Below, piece after piece: positions 22,160-33,183 of a stretch of DNA of 64,000 bases. This DNA is from Anabaena azotica SJ-1 (GTDB lineage Bacteria > Cyanobacteriota > Cyanobacteriia > Cyanobacteriales > Nostocaceae). The stretch spans positions 2,407,817 to 2,471,816 of the forward strand of contig NZ_CP178454.1 in assembly GCF_047275885.1 (NCBI RefSeq). The letters are read 5' to 3'. Each line of letters begins with the position of its first letter. Position 1 is the stretch's first letter. A program made the position numbers and the translations under genes. Below the pieces are notes generated by a model. That model was given only the letters and a program-made list of their open reading frames with translations, searched no databases and was not told the DNA's origin.

Positions 22160-22732
22160 GTGACAGGTGACAGTAAGAAGGGAATAGGGAACAGAAGGAA
22201 AAAGGCAAAAGATCAATATTCTCCCCTGCTTCTTCTGACTCCTGACTCTTACTGTAAATTAAATGATCAGCTTATGGATAAATTTTATTTGTATGATCAA
22301 GACTTCTATGGTTGGACACAACAACAAGCTCAAGCTTTAGAACAACAGCAAGTTTTAGAATTAGACTGGCAGCATTTACAAGAAGAAATTCTCGCTTTGG
22401 GAAGACAGGAATATCGAGAATTGGTAAGTCGTTTGGGTGTATTAAGTGGTTATTTATTAAAATGGGAATATCAACCAGAAAATCGTTCTCGCAGTTGGGT
22501 TTTAACAATTAGAGAACAGCGTCGTGCTATTCACAGACATTTACGACAAAACCCCAGTTTAACATCTCGTATAGAAGAAGCCATGTTAGATGGTTTTGAA
22601 GCAGGAATTGATTTAGCTTTGCGGGAAACTAATTTACCATTAAGAACTTTTCCTACAAGTTGTCTCTATCTATTTGATGATATCATTACTGATAATTTCC
22701 TGTGTGATACTTCTCAAGACTGGGAAGGCTAA
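22160..22732 (+). CDS. DUF29 family protein (copy 3).
   Basis: LLKWEYQPENRSRSWVLTIREQRRAI core. The start is more likely the ATG near 22276 (MDKFYLYDQDFYGW). Confidence 0.65.
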   Translation: MTGDSKKGIGNRRKKAKDQYSPLLLLTPDSYCKLNDQLMDKFYLYDQDFYGWTQQQAQALEQQQVLELDWQHLQEEILALGRQEYRELVSRLGVLSGYLLKWEYQPENRSRSWVLTIREQRRAIHRHLRQNPSLTSRIEEAMLDGFEAGIDLALRETNLPLRTFPTSCLYLFDDIITDNFLCDTSQDWEG

Positions 22733-22827
22733 TTTCATGGACAACGTAACTATTCAGCCGTTTTTTCATGGAGTTGGGGAGTAAAATCTCTATAATGTAA
22801 TTTTTTGCTATAAAAAATGATACTTGG

Positions 22828-23718
22828 TTGCTAATTTTATATTATAATTTCCCAAGTTCAATTTGGGTGACGAATAGATATATGTTAACTGCCAACTCAA
22901 TGAAATCACATCGTCTTGATAATGGGATGAAAGTTTTTTGTCTCCAACCCGACGAAGTACAATTAACTTATCAGGAAGTGCAGAATTATTTAAAATATGG
23001 CATTGCGTTAAAAGCAGGTGATACAGTTTTTGATATTGGAGCGAATATTGGATTATTTACAATTTGGTTATCAGCTAAATTCAATGATAAAATTAATATT
23101 TATAGCTTTGAACCCATTCCTGATATTTATGAAGTATTAAATGCTAATGTGCAGAGTATCAAGGAGAATTCTAATTATCAAAATGTGAAAGTTTTTAATT
23201 GTGGATTAGCTGAAAATTCTGGTCATTTTACATTTACCTATTATCCAAAAATGTCAGTGGGTTCTACAGCATACCCGATCAATCAAGAAGAAATAGAAAA
23301 ATGGCAGAATTTGAGTATAGCAAATCTGCGAAATTTCCCACCACCTATTTGTTATTTGAGAAATTTACCATCTTTTTTAGTTGAGATGATGATTAAATAC
23401 AAGTTAAATAAGGGTTTTCAAGGTAAACAGGTGAGTTGTCAAATCAAAACTGTCTCTCAAATTATTCAAGAATCGCAAATTGAAAAAATTGATTTACTCA
23501 AAGTAGATGTAGAAAAAAGTGAATTAGATGTATTATCAGGGATTAATAAAGAAGATTGGGTCAAGATTAAACAAGTATTTGTAGAAGTTCATGATATAGA
23601 TGATAGAGTAAATACTATTAGAGATTTATTGACAGAACAAGGATTTGAAAATATTCAGTTTGAACAAGAAGCCATATTGAATGGTTCGGATATTTTTAGT
23701 TTATATGCTTGGAGATAA
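22828..23718 (+). CDS. FkbM-family SAM-dependent methyltransferase.
   Basis: Motif I (VFDIGANIGLFTIW) and the overall FkbM pattern. The gene is markedly AT-rich compared with its neighbours. Confidence 0.6.
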   Translation: MLILYYNFPSSIWVTNRYMLTANSMKSHRLDNGMKVFCLQPDEVQLTYQEVQNYLKYGIALKAGDTVFDIGANIGLFTIWLSAKFNDKINIYSFEPIPDIYEVLNANVQSIKENSNYQNVKVFNCGLAENSGHFTFTYYPKMSVGSTAYPINQEEIEKWQNLSIANLRNFPPPICYLRNLPSFLVEMMIKYKLNKGFQGKQVSCQIKTVSQIIQESQIEKIDLLKVDVEKSELDVLSGINKEDWVKIKQVFVEVHDIDDRVNTIRDLLTEQGFENIQFEQEAILNGSDIFSLYAWR

Positions 23719-23932
23719 AAGTAATTATGTTCATTTTTTATCATTTTAGAATCACAGGGAAAATCTTCCCTGTTAGTTGTTGTTTGCTATATAGCGTTTC
23801 CCAGTCTAATGAAGTACACACCAATTTATTCTCTGTTCCCTGTTAAGAGTTCCCTAAAACTAAAAAACTTTGTACCTCACGAGTATGGGAACTGCTATAT
23901 CATTAATTCTGTTGCACATAAATGAGCCTTAA

Positions 23933-24733
23933 ATGATTAAGATAATTGGTATTTTCTTGAGTCTATTACTGATGTTTGGCTTTTGTACACCAGTAATGGC
24001 ACAATCCCAACCAATTACCACCCAAGAGTTACAACTAGGGGATGAATTGGCAAATAAGGCGTTTGCAGCCACTAATAAAGGTGATTTTGTCACAGCAGAA
24101 CGCTATTGGACAGAGATTATTGAAAAATTTCCTACTAATGCAGGTGCTTGGAGTAATCGCGGTAATTCTCGCGTTAGTCAAAATAATTTGGAAGCAGCAC
24201 TGACGGATTATAACAAAGCGATTGAGTTAGCACCAAATGTTACAGATCCCTATTTAAATCGGGGAACAGCGTTGGAAGGTTTGGGAAGATGGGAAGATGC
24301 TATCGCAGATTATAATCATGTACTGGAACTAGATCCCAATGATGCCATGGCGTACAACAATCGAGGTAACGCCAAAACAGGTGTAGGAAGATGGGAAGAT
24401 GCGATCGCAGATTACCAAAAAGCTACAGCAATCGCTCCTAATTTTGCCTTTGCACGTGCTAATTATGCCTTAGCACTCTATCAAACTGGTCAAACAGATA
24501 AAGCGATCCGAGAAATGCGAAATATTGTTCGTAAATATCCTAAGTTTGCTGATATGCGTGCTGCCTTAACCGCTGCTTACTGGGTAGGAGGACAAAAAGG
24601 TGAAGCTGAAAGCAACTGGGTAGCAGCTTACGGACTTGATACACGCTATAAAGATATGGATTGGGTAACAAATATCCGTCGGTGGCCACCCAGTATGGTA
24701 GCAGCCTTAGACAAGTTTTTAAAACTACAGTAG
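23933..24733 (+). CDS. Secreted TPR-repeat protein.
   Basis: Signal peptide followed by about 5 TPR units (..AW.NRGN......AL.DYN.AIEL.P...). Confidence 0.7.
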   Translation: MIKIIGIFLSLLLMFGFCTPVMAQSQPITTQELQLGDELANKAFAATNKGDFVTAERYWTEIIEKFPTNAGAWSNRGNSRVSQNNLEAALTDYNKAIELAPNVTDPYLNRGTALEGLGRWEDAIADYNHVLELDPNDAMAYNNRGNAKTGVGRWEDAIADYQKATAIAPNFAFARANYALALYQTGQTDKAIREMRNIVRKYPKFADMRAALTAAYWVGGQKGEAESNWVAAYGLDTRYKDMDWVTNIRRWPPSMVAALDKFLKLQ

Positions 24734-24873
24734 GGCTTGCTGATAGCGTATCAGCCTGGAGAATATCAACAAATCCCCCATTTTACCCCCAAGTTTGGGG
24801 GTCACGGGGGCAGAGTATTTAGGGGGAAAAATAGGCTGAAACAAAAACACTCAAAATTTAATTCATAATTTAA

Positions 24874-25374
24874 CTAAATCCTTTCAATTTCCACAAACCT
24901 AAACTGAAAGCCATTGTCCTGGGAATACTCTTCTTTCGTGACCGTGCCAAAATTAGTAAACTCAGGAAAATATACATCTCCCTCAAAATTACCTTCTACA
25001 ATTGTTAAATACAGCTTATTAGCAAATGTAATTGCCTCTGCAAAAATTTCTCCACCACCAGCAATAAATATTTCCTCCGTTTCACTCATTTTAGCCCATG
25101 TAACGGCCTCGGATAGAGAAGGAAAAACAAGACAACCGGGAGCTTTATAATCAGAATTTCTAGTAACGATTATATTTGTACGATTTGGCAAAGGATGATT
25201 AAAAGCTGCATAGCTTTTACGACCCAAAATTACAGGATGTCTCCAAGTTTTGTTCTGAAAATGTTGTAAATCGCTGGGAATATCCCAAGGAATACCCACA
25301 CGAATATGTTCTTTTTTTGAATCAGCTAAAATCCGATTTTCGGAAATAGCAGCAATAAGACTAATAAGAGCCAT
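24874..25374 (-). CDS. folA: Dihydrofolate reductase.
   Basis: MALISLIAAISENRIL...IPWDIPSDLQHFQNKT...VILGRKSY is the DHFR signature. The start was placed at the internal ATG (25372-25374) rather than at the ORF-track maximum. Confidence 0.75.
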   Translation of the reverse strand: MALISLIAAISENRILADSKKEHIRVGIPWDIPSDLQHFQNKTWRHPVILGRKSYAAFNHPLPNRTNIIVTRNSDYKAPGCLVFPSLSEAVTWAKMSETEEIFIAGGGEIFAEAITFANKLYLTIVEGNFEGDVYFPEFTNFGTVTKEEYSQDNGFQFRFVEIERI

Positions 25375-25625
25375 AATTAACAATCTCCTGATTCTGAAAT
25401 AGGTGATTATTCTTACTATTTTAACGTTTTTGAGACTAAAATATAATTCTTGAAAAATAGGTTCTAAATCGTAGAGTGCGTTAAGCATTGCTATAACGCA
25501 CTGAAAATACCATTCTCTACGGTTAATCCTCACTCTCTTAGGACTTACACAAATATCACAATCAAATCACTTGTAGGCTGTGTCAGATGTTGCAAATGCG
25601 AATATAAATACTCAACTCACTAGTT

Positions 25626-26414
25626 TTACGATTCTGATTTAGGAATTGTTTTAATTGTTAATTCCTGCACATTATTAAACACTATTTTTGCACCTGCATT
25701 CATCAAAGTTTCAGTATAAGCAATCCTTCTTGCTGCTGTTTCCTGGACGTGAGGTGGTAAAACTCCCACTCCTAACCAAGTCCGAGAATCATCTAAAGCC
25801 TTTGCTTTTTCTACGGTGTGCATATCTGCTACCGTATCTCCCACATACACTACCGTTTGTTTTTTATCACTGCCATTTTCTAACAAATTGATAGTAGCAA
25901 AAAGTCCCGTAGGGTCTGGTTTACCTGGTGCGTCTTCCATGGCAATTAATATCGGAGACTGTAAACCCAAGCGTTTTTCTAAGACATAGTTAGCAGAACC
26001 CCGTGTAGCACCACTGAAAAAACCCCAAGCAATTCCAGATTGGGTGAGTTCTTGAAAATAACTAGGCTGTGCTAATAAAGGTTCGTTACAAATATAGCCA
26101 TTCCAATTTTCTGAATCTGTACCTCGGTAACGAGTTTGAAAATAGGTGACAATATCTTGATAATTGAATTGTAGTTCGGTGCGGGTTTTGCCTTGGCTGA
26201 CAAAATGGCGGTAAATTAATTCTTGGGAAGCTTCCCAATCGTTATTCCAAATTCCTTCTGATTTGAGGTTGTCGATGTCTGTTGGTGTGGGACGATAAGC
26301 TTGGGCGGTAAAATGTTCTACGGTGTCTGATATGGCGCGACGATAGGAACCGCTAACGTCACGAATTACGCCATCTATATCGAAAATGATGATTGTATTT
26401 GCTTTTTTGGTCAT
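25626..26414 (-). CDS. HAD-superfamily hydrolase.
   Basis: Motif I (IIIFDIDGVIRD) and motifs II/III of the HAD fold. Confidence 0.6.
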   Translation of the reverse strand: MTKKANTIIIFDIDGVIRDVSGSYRRAISDTVEHFTAQAYRPTPTDIDNLKSEGIWNNDWEASQELIYRHFVSQGKTRTELQFNYQDIVTYFQTRYRGTDSENWNGYICNEPLLAQPSYFQELTQSGIAWGFFSGATRGSANYVLEKRLGLQSPILIAMEDAPGKPDPTGLFATINLLENGSDKKQTVVYVGDTVADMHTVEKAKALDDSRTWLGVGVLPPHVQETAARRIAYTETLMNAGAKIVFNNVQELTIKTIPKSES

Positions 26415-26560
26415 GGTAATGGGAATTTAATGTTTTTAGGATTTTAATTGATTAGGTGACAGGTAACAGGTGATAGGGTTGAGGTTTAATTAACAGTAGC
26501 CAAAAAGCTAACAATTAATAACTATTAATTACTTATGCTTGCCGTCAAAATCATACTATT

Positions 26561-26875
26561 ATGTCAGACACTACGGTTTTTACTCCAGATTACTACCGAG
26601 TTTTTGAGTGCCGGGATGGAAAGTGGTTTATAAAAGTTGGTAAGCTGTTCTACTCGAAACTGCCTTTTGCTGTTGATTTTAATGATTTTGAGCTTTTATA
26701 TGGAATCACTAAGCGGCAAATAATTATTGAATTATTCCGAGCAGGTGGTGGTAAAGCTGGTTACTATCTCGCTAATTTGCAAGGCAAACAATTTTACTAC
26801 TGTGGAATAGAAGCAGAAAATGTCAAATTTCGATTGCGAGAATTGGGAATTGGCAGAGATGATCCAATGGCGTAG
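26561..26875 (+). CDS. Hypothetical protein (104 aa) at the trailer-distal flank of the CRISPR array.
   Basis: ORF only; no cas-like motif recognised. Confidence 0.35.
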   Translation: MSDTTVFTPDYYRVFECRDGKWFIKVGKLFYSKLPFAVDFNDFELLYGITKRQIIIELFRAGGGKAGYYLANLQGKQFYYCGIEAENVKFRLRELGIGRDDPMA

Positions 26876-26949
26876 TTGTGGTTGCATTCCTGAAAATTTT
26901 TCAGAAACAAACCCATTATATTATTAAGTTATCAAGGGTATTTATCTGG

Positions 26950-28106
26950 CTTAAATCCCTAATAGGGATTAGTTGAAATTGCAATCAAGAAATGTAAATA
27001 TTAATGCTTGTGGATTTGGGTTTCAATCCCTAATAGGGATTAGGAGAAATTGCAATTACTACTCCAACAAATCAAGCAATTAGCCCAGGAAAAAGGCGTG
27101 TTTCAATCCCTAATAGGGATTAGGAGAAATTGCAATGAGTTATTCCCCGTGGTTGATTATGAGAGGGTCAGTTTCAATCCCTAATAGGGATTAGGAGAAA
27201 TTGCAATTATACGGGGCAAAATTCCGGTCTCTTGGTAAACTCGCCTGTTTCAATCCCTAATAGGGATTAGGAGAAATTGCAATTTCAGTATCACCAAGTT
27301 CACCACCTCTTGTAATTTTTTCCGTTTCAATCCCTAATAGGGATTAGGAGAAATTGCAATAATTAGGAGCAATGGAGGCTGTTCAACAGGCTCTAAGCGT
27401 TTCAATCCCTAATAGGGATTAGGAGAAATTGCAATATGCAGCCGCACCACCAGCTAAGTTGCCTACGGTATTGTTTCAATCCCTAATAGGGATTAGGAGA
27501 AATTGCAATAAAGCAACGTACTCAAGATTTCTCTCTTGTTGCGTTTCAATCCCTAATAGGGATTAGGAGAAATTGCAATTTGAAGCCAGCACCCCTGAAG
27601 AAGCTTTAGAAAAAGCAAAGTTTCAATCCCTAATAGGGATTAGGAGAAATTGCAATCAGTATCATCATATTGGACTATTTGAGTATTTGACCGTTTCAAT
27701 CCCTAATAGGGATTAGGAGAAATTGCAATACTTGCATTATGGGGAAGTTCTACCCGGCTTCATTGTTTCAATCCCTAATAGGGATTAGGAGAAATTGCAA
27801 TATTTTTGGCAGGTTTTGAAGGATGAAGAAATATATTTTATGGTTTCAATCCCTAATAGGGATTAGGAGAAATTGCAATTTGCTAGGGAAACTCAGCCAA
27901 CTGGCAGGTGTACCCATCAAGGTTTCAATCCCTAATAGGGATTAGGAGAAATTGCAATTCTGCAAGATTTACGGACAGCTTAAGGCAGACTCAGTTTCAA
28001 TCCCTAATAGGGATTAGGAGAAATTGCAATGATCACCGATCGCTGAAAATCCGAGGTAAAACTTATCATGTTTCAATCCCTAATAGGGATTAGGAGAAAT
28101 TGCAAT
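26950..28106 (-). CRISPR. CRISPR array of 16 repeats (15 canonical plus 1 degenerate terminal repeat) and 15 spacers of 33-43 bp.
   Basis: The 37 bp repeat GTTTCAATCCCTAATAGGGATTAGGAGAAATTGCAAT on the plus strand contains the palindrome AATCCCTA/TTAGGGATT. On the minus strand it ends ...GATTGAAAC, the usual class-1 crRNA tag orientation. The degenerate repeat is at the low-coordinate end, so the leader is at 28107-28400. Confidence 0.95.
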
Positions 28107-28466
28107 AGCGGGAGGCTGGAAGCCTATATATATGTAGTTTTCAAGGTTCGATTGCGCGGATGGTATCATGATAGTCCATTTCAGAAATTGTGTCAAGAGG
28201 GAAAATAGCTGAAACCCTTGCTGTGTAAGGTGCGCGGGTGTCTTGATGCGGCGAATCCTTGAAAGTCTTACCAGAAGGAGATTTCCGGCATTTTTGCAGC
28301 AACTGGTTTTTTTACACCCACCCTGCCGCGCAAAAATTCCAAAATATCTGTCACCTGTCACCTGTCACCTGATATTTAATCTCATTAGTCAATTGGGCAG
28401 ATATTAAGTTACAATAAGGGGTCGCAAACTTATTAAGTCATAGCCGGATTTGTCCCGGAGGTACGA

Positions 28467-28766
28467 TTGACGAAATTTATCTTAAAAATTCTCTGGTTAG
28501 ATGAGAACGTGGCCTTAGCAGTCGATCAAGTTGTCGGTAAAGGCACAAGTCCCTTAACTAAATACTTCTTCTGGCCTCGTAATGATGCTTGGGAAGAACT
28601 CAAAAAAGAGTTAGAATCCAAACATTGGATTACTGATGTTGATCGCGTTGAGTTGCTGAATAAGGCAACGGAAGTGATTAACTATTGGCAAGAAGAAGGC
28701 AGAAATCGCCCGATGGCAGAAGCGCAGTTGAAGTTTCCTGAAGTGGCCTTCACAGGTAGCGCCTGA
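28467..28766 (+). CDS. psrp3: 30S ribosomal protein PSRP-3 / Ycf65.
   Basis: The [44 protein letters not shown] signature of Ycf65. Confidence 0.8.
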   Translation: MTKFILKILWLDENVALAVDQVVGKGTSPLTKYFFWPRNDAWEELKKELESKHWITDVDRVELLNKATEVINYWQEEGRNRPMAEAQLKFPEVAFTGSA

Positions 28767-28815
28767 TTGTTTTAGTGTGGTGATTGGGTAATTGGTGATT
28801 GGTAAGTGGTAATTT

Positions 28816-30576
28816 TTAATTACTACCCAATTTCCAATTATCCCACAGTTTGATGGTTTTGTCTCTGCTACCACTGACAATTAGTTGTGAATTTGGACTA
28901 AGGGCAATTGTAGATACTGAGTCAGTATGATCAGAGAGGGTTGTGATTTCTGATTTTGTACTGATATGCCAAAGTTTGATTGTTTTATCCCAACTACAAC
29001 TAATTAGGGTTTGACTATCGGCTGTAAAAGCTAATCCTGCTACTGACCAGGAATGCCCTAAGAGTGTGCTAATTAATTCACCAGTTTTAATATTCCACAG
29101 TTTAATGGTGTTATCATCGCTACCGGTTGCTAAAATCTGTCCGTTGGGACTAAAGGCGACTGCTAACACTGTTCTTGTATGATCTACAAGGGTTGTTAAA
29201 AGTTGATACGGGTAGTTTGGTGATTTTTGGTCTGGTTGTAATTTCCATAGACGCACTGTGCGATCGCTACTGGCACTAGCTAATATATCATTTTGGGAAC
29301 TGAAGGCGATCGCATTGATTTGTAATTGATGTCCTGTCAGTGTACAAATTTCTGCACCTGTATTTACATCCCAAATTTTAATAGTTTTATCCCAGCTTCC
29401 ACTGGCAAGAATATTACCTGTATGGTTAAAAGCTACTGATTTTACAGCGTGTAAATGTCCATTTAATGTGGTAATTTCTTGCCATGTATTGACATTCCAT
29501 AATTTGATTTTTTTATCATCACTTGCTGTTGCTAAAATTTCTCCATTGGGGCTAAAGGCTACTGATTGTATGGATTTTGTATGTCCTGGCAAGTTAGCTA
29601 ATAATTTTTGAGTTTTTATATCCCAAATTTTAATGTTTTTACTATCATCACCGCTGGCTAAAATCTGGCTATCTGGTGTAAATGCTAAGGTATGAATTTG
29701 GCTATCAAGATTATGTTTAATGGTGATATTTTTTGCAACGCTGATGGACGCAGATAAACGCGGATGATGATTTTTTATTCCTAGTTGGGTGATAATTTCT
29801 GATGTTGATTGCCAGCGTTCTTGTAAATTGGGGTTGATTAATTTGTTTAAGGTTTGGGCTAGATGTTCGCTGACTGGTGTAGTTAAATAATCTCGCCAAA
29901 TCCAGGTATTATTGGCAATATCAAATAAATCAAAGGGGGGAATTTGTGTGAGGAGATAAATACAAGTGACTCCCAAACTATAAAGGTCACTGGCAAAGGT
30001 TGGTTTTCCTTGTATTTGTTCTGGGGCGCTATATTCAGGACTAACAATTATTTGTTGTTCTCTGATATTGTTGGGTGTGGTGAATATTTGAGCAGAGGCA
30101 AAATTAACTAAGAATAAGTTATCATTTTTTTGCTTGTTAAATGATTCTTTAATAATTAGATTTTCTGGTTTGATATGACAATGAATAATTTGCTGTTTAT
30201 GAATAAAGTTAATAACTGGCAATAAGGTTTTTAATATATGCCAAATTTGTGTTTCTTGAAAAACACCTTCTTTGGCTAAAACGGCTTTTAAGTTGTCACC
30301 TGGAATAAATTCATAAACTAAATAATAATCTTCTGCTGTGAAAAAATCTAAAATCTTAGGAATTTGTGGATGACTGTTTAATGTTTTGAATTTTTCAATT
30401 TTGTTGATAAATGCAGTGGTGATTTGTTGATTTTGAGGAAATTTATGAACAATACAAGAAATTGGAGGAAACTGACTTTCATCAATAGCGAGAAAAGTCT
30501 TATAGTTTCCCCCATCACTAATTAACTTAATTAACCGATAGCGTTCTTGGATTAACAAAATTCCCCTCAAAATCAA
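28816..30576 (-). CDS. Ser/Thr protein kinase with a C-terminal WD40 beta-propeller.
   Basis: Hanks kinase subdomains (HCHIKPENL, DFAS/NFAS, SPEYSAPE) followed by 7-8 WD repeats (...GH...V..VAFSP.G..LASGS.D.TIKLW.). Confidence 0.9.
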   Translation of the reverse strand: MILRGILLIQERYRLIKLISDGGNYKTFLAIDESQFPPISCIVHKFPQNQQITTAFINKIEKFKTLNSHPQIPKILDFFTAEDYYLVYEFIPGDNLKAVLAKEGVFQETQIWHILKTLLPVINFIHKQQIIHCHIKPENLIIKESFNKQKNDNLFLVNFASAQIFTTPNNIREQQIIVSPEYSAPEQIQGKPTFASDLYSLGVTCIYLLTQIPPFDLFDIANNTWIWRDYLTTPVSEHLAQTLNKLINPNLQERWQSTSEIITQLGIKNHHPRLSASISVAKNITIKHNLDSQIHTLAFTPDSQILASGDDSKNIKIWDIKTQKLLANLPGHTKSIQSVAFSPNGEILATASDDKKIKLWNVNTWQEITTLNGHLHAVKSVAFNHTGNILASGSWDKTIKIWDVNTGAEICTLTGHQLQINAIAFSSQNDILASASSDRTVRLWKLQPDQKSPNYPYQLLTTLVDHTRTVLAVAFSPNGQILATGSDDNTIKLWNIKTGELISTLLGHSWSVAGLAFTADSQTLISCSWDKTIKLWHISTKSEITTLSDHTDSVSTIALSPNSQLIVSGSRDKTIKLWDNWKLGSN

Positions 30577-30820
30577 TTTTATTTTACTGGTGTAAGAGGA
30601 TGTTTGAAAACTTTTCCTTGTGGTATCTAATACCTATAGATCCCCCTAAATCCCCCTTAAAAAGGGGGACTTTGATTGATTTATCCCCTTATCAAGGAGG
30701 AAGGATCTGAGATTGTTTGATACACCATGAGGGACTTTTCAAACGTCCTCTAAGAATCATCTGCTTATTCTTTAGGTATAGCAACAGCCAAGGTGATTAG
30801 GATATGAACTAATGATACCG

Positions 30821-30960
30821 CAGAAGTCAGAAGGCAGGAGGCAGAAGGCAGGAGGCAGAATTTCAGAAAGAAGAAAGAAGAAAGAAGAAAGAATTAATTT
30901 TTACTCTACTCCCCCTCTTACCTTCTTACTGTCACCTGTCACCTGTCACCTGTCACCTTC
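30821..30960. repeat. Composite STRR-like tandem repeats: AGGCAGR heptamers, (AGAAAGA)4 and (TGTCACC)4.
   Basis: Read directly. The region lies between the convergent kinase and flotillin genes. Confidence 0.85.
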
Positions 30961-33062
30961 TATAACTCACTGATGATTTGGCTACCGTTATGTTTTTCGG
31001 TTTTATTAGATGGTGGTGGTGGTGGAATTGCACCTGTTTTAGTTGGATTATGACCGGTTTGATTCCAGAGAATCATGGATAATAAACCATCTACTAATCC
31101 GTTGCTAGTGCCGTTGTTACCACCTACCATGATATCGGGAATTAAGCGGACATTGCGATCGCCTATAATTTGCATTAACTGCATGGCTGTGTATCCTTGC
31201 ATTCCCAAAGCTTGGACACCGGTGCGGTAGGTTTCGGCTTTGGCGTTACCTGTAGCACGGATACCTTCGGCTTCTGCTAAGGCTTTCAGCTTGGTTGCTT
31301 CTGCTTGTCCGTTCGCTTCTTTAATTGCAGCTTGAGATTTCAATTCTGCTATTTGCACACTTTGTTCAGATGCAACCATTTCCTGTTGAATGTTAGCCAA
31401 GGCTGTTTCCCGCACCAGTTGCTGACGCTGGGTTTGTGCCATTTGCTGAACTTCGTAGGTTTTGCGTTCTTCTTCGGCAATTTTTCGGTCTGTTTGTGTC
31501 TGCATCAAGGTTGCAGGAGGCTGAATATCACCGATGAGGGTATCTATAGCTTGAACATCATAGGTACGCAAAGCGATTTTAATATAGTCTGCGGCTTCGC
31601 TTTGTCGTTCGCTGCGGGCGGTGAGGAAATCGAGTACAGTGTAATCTTGGGCAGAGTTGCGGAAATAGTTACCAATGGTTGGTTCTAGGACATGATCAAC
31701 TAAATTTTGCATTGAACCAACACGGGAAATTACCTTGGGTGCATCCAAAGCACCAACATGGATAATTTGTGCTACTTCTAAATCAAAAGCGAAACCATCG
31801 CGCGATCGCACAGTTAAAGAAGCAAGTTGGGCATCATAACTATGGCGTTCTGTCCGCCGTGACCAGTTTAAAACAATATTGGTCGTCGGCACTAACTCAA
31901 TTTTCATAATCCGCGAGTTCAGCGGTTGTTTACCAGGATAAAGCGGTTCCACCCACACACCTTTATGTCCTGGGTTAACCAAGTTACCATGGGTGAAAGC
32001 TGCACCACTCACGTCTTCTTGATCTTGACCTACGAAAGAAATTACCACACCCACATAACCAATGGGAATTTCCGTCATCGGTACTTGTTCAACTTGTACC
32101 AACCAAGGGTTTAAGTTCCAAGAACCAGAAAGTAAAATCTGTTCTTGCAAACCTCTTCTCCCACCACCATTCAGGAATTTTTGCCCGTTTTGGAAGTTAT
32201 CATGTCCTTCAATTGTCGGACCAGCAATTTCACCAGGGGGAATAGGTAAACCGTCTAAGGTGGTAACAATACCAACTTTATCTGGTAAAACACTATATAC
32301 CCGCAGTTGTTCAGGATTCATGCCGTGGGTACTAGCGTTAGCAGATGTAATCACTTTAAACAAGGCAGTGTTAATCCGATAAGTACCTGCGGTGAGAAAA
32401 CCCATTTGTCGGCCTTTTTCTCCACCTTTGGTTAAGAATTTGCGGGCATCTTGGAAATTATCACAATCGACAATTTTGCCCAAAATCCGTTCTGGAGGGT
32501 TTTGTGCGCCATCTGCGGCGACAATGACAGCAATTTGGCCTTGAGGGACAACTATAACAGGTTCTTTTTTCACCGAGTATTGCCAAGGCCAATGACCCCA
32601 ATGCCAACCAGGTGCGAGGGTATCTGCTTGTAAACCCGCTTCTCCATTCATGGCTATTAATCTACCTGGTGGTAGTCCTTTACCTGTGAGAGCGAATTTT
32701 TTCACCACAATTCCCACTTCGCGTTCACCGATAACTACCAGTCCACCAAATACCAAGGGGACAAATATCACCACACCACCAAATAAAATTAGGGGAATTA
32801 TAGGTTCTACCCCCATTGCTTGATATTTAATCTCGCTAGTTTCTAACTGGTTAATGTTAGGTTGTGCTTGATCTGACTGGACTGAGGTAGAAATAACTTC
32901 TTTTGCTGTGGGTATTTTTATTGTTGTAGCATTAGCAGCATTAATACCACTTGCTAAAGCCAATGCTGTTACCGCAGATGCGGACAACTGTACAAATTTA
33001 TTTTGTTTACTCTTACCAAGAGAAGATGCAAAACTTTTCATAATGTTTGCCCTTTTGGGCAA
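30960..33062 (-). CDS. SPFH / band-7 (flotillin-like, YqiK-type) membrane protein.
   Basis: N-terminal TM segment, SPFH domain, and a long Ala/Gln/Glu-rich coiled-coil flotillin tail (...AEATKLKALAEAEGIRATGNAKAE...). Confidence 0.7.
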   Translation of the reverse strand: MPKRANIMKSFASSLGKSKQNKFVQLSASAVTALALASGINAANATTIKIPTAKEVISTSVQSDQAQPNINQLETSEIKYQAMGVEPIIPLILFGGVVIFVPLVFGGLVVIGEREVGIVVKKFALTGKGLPPGRLIAMNGEAGLQADTLAPGWHWGHWPWQYSVKKEPVIVVPQGQIAVIVAADGAQNPPERILGKIVDCDNFQDARKFLTKGGEKGRQMGFLTAGTYRINTALFKVITSANASTHGMNPEQLRVYSVLPDKVGIVTTLDGLPIPPGEIAGPTIEGHDNFQNGQKFLNGGGRRGLQEQILLSGSWNLNPWLVQVEQVPMTEIPIGYVGVVISFVGQDQEDVSGAAFTHGNLVNPGHKGVWVEPLYPGKQPLNSRIMKIELVPTTNIVLNWSRRTERHSYDAQLASLTVRSRDGFAFDLEVAQIIHVGALDAPKVISRVGSMQNLVDHVLEPTIGNYFRNSAQDYTVLDFLTARSERQSEAADYIKIALRTYDVQAIDTLIGDIQPPATLMQTQTDRKIAEEERKTYEVQQMAQTQRQQLVRETALANIQQEMVASEQSVQIAELKSQAAIKEANGQAEATKLKALAEAEGIRATGNAKAETYRTGVQALGMQGYTAMQLMQIIGDRNVRLIPDIMVGGNNGTSNGLVDGLLSMILWNQTGHNPTKTGAIPPPPPSNKTEKHNGSQIISEL

Positions 33063-33183
33063 CTAATCATCTAAGTTATCACTTCAAGCCCCAGATAGTA
33101 AATTTCTTAAACTTGATGTAACTTTTTGACGAGAAAAGGTTGTATGTTTGCCTATAATTAAAATCTCAATAAAACTTTAAATT

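Noticed and set aside
28130-28165. A GGTTCGATT T-loop-like motif suggesting a tRNA 3' half.
   Set aside because: No complementary T-stem, acceptor stem or anticodon arm can be built around it. It lies in the CRISPR leader.
28080-28361. 93 aa minus-strand ORF overlapping the CRISPR leader and last repeat.
   Set aside because: It overlaps the array and leader and contains translated repeat sequence. There is no supporting evidence for a gene.
31305-32633. Several 60-127 aa plus-strand ORFs inside the flotillin gene, and similar ones inside ndhF3/ndhD3 (44331..47081).
   Set aside because: They are antisense to long, well-supported genes and have no independent features.
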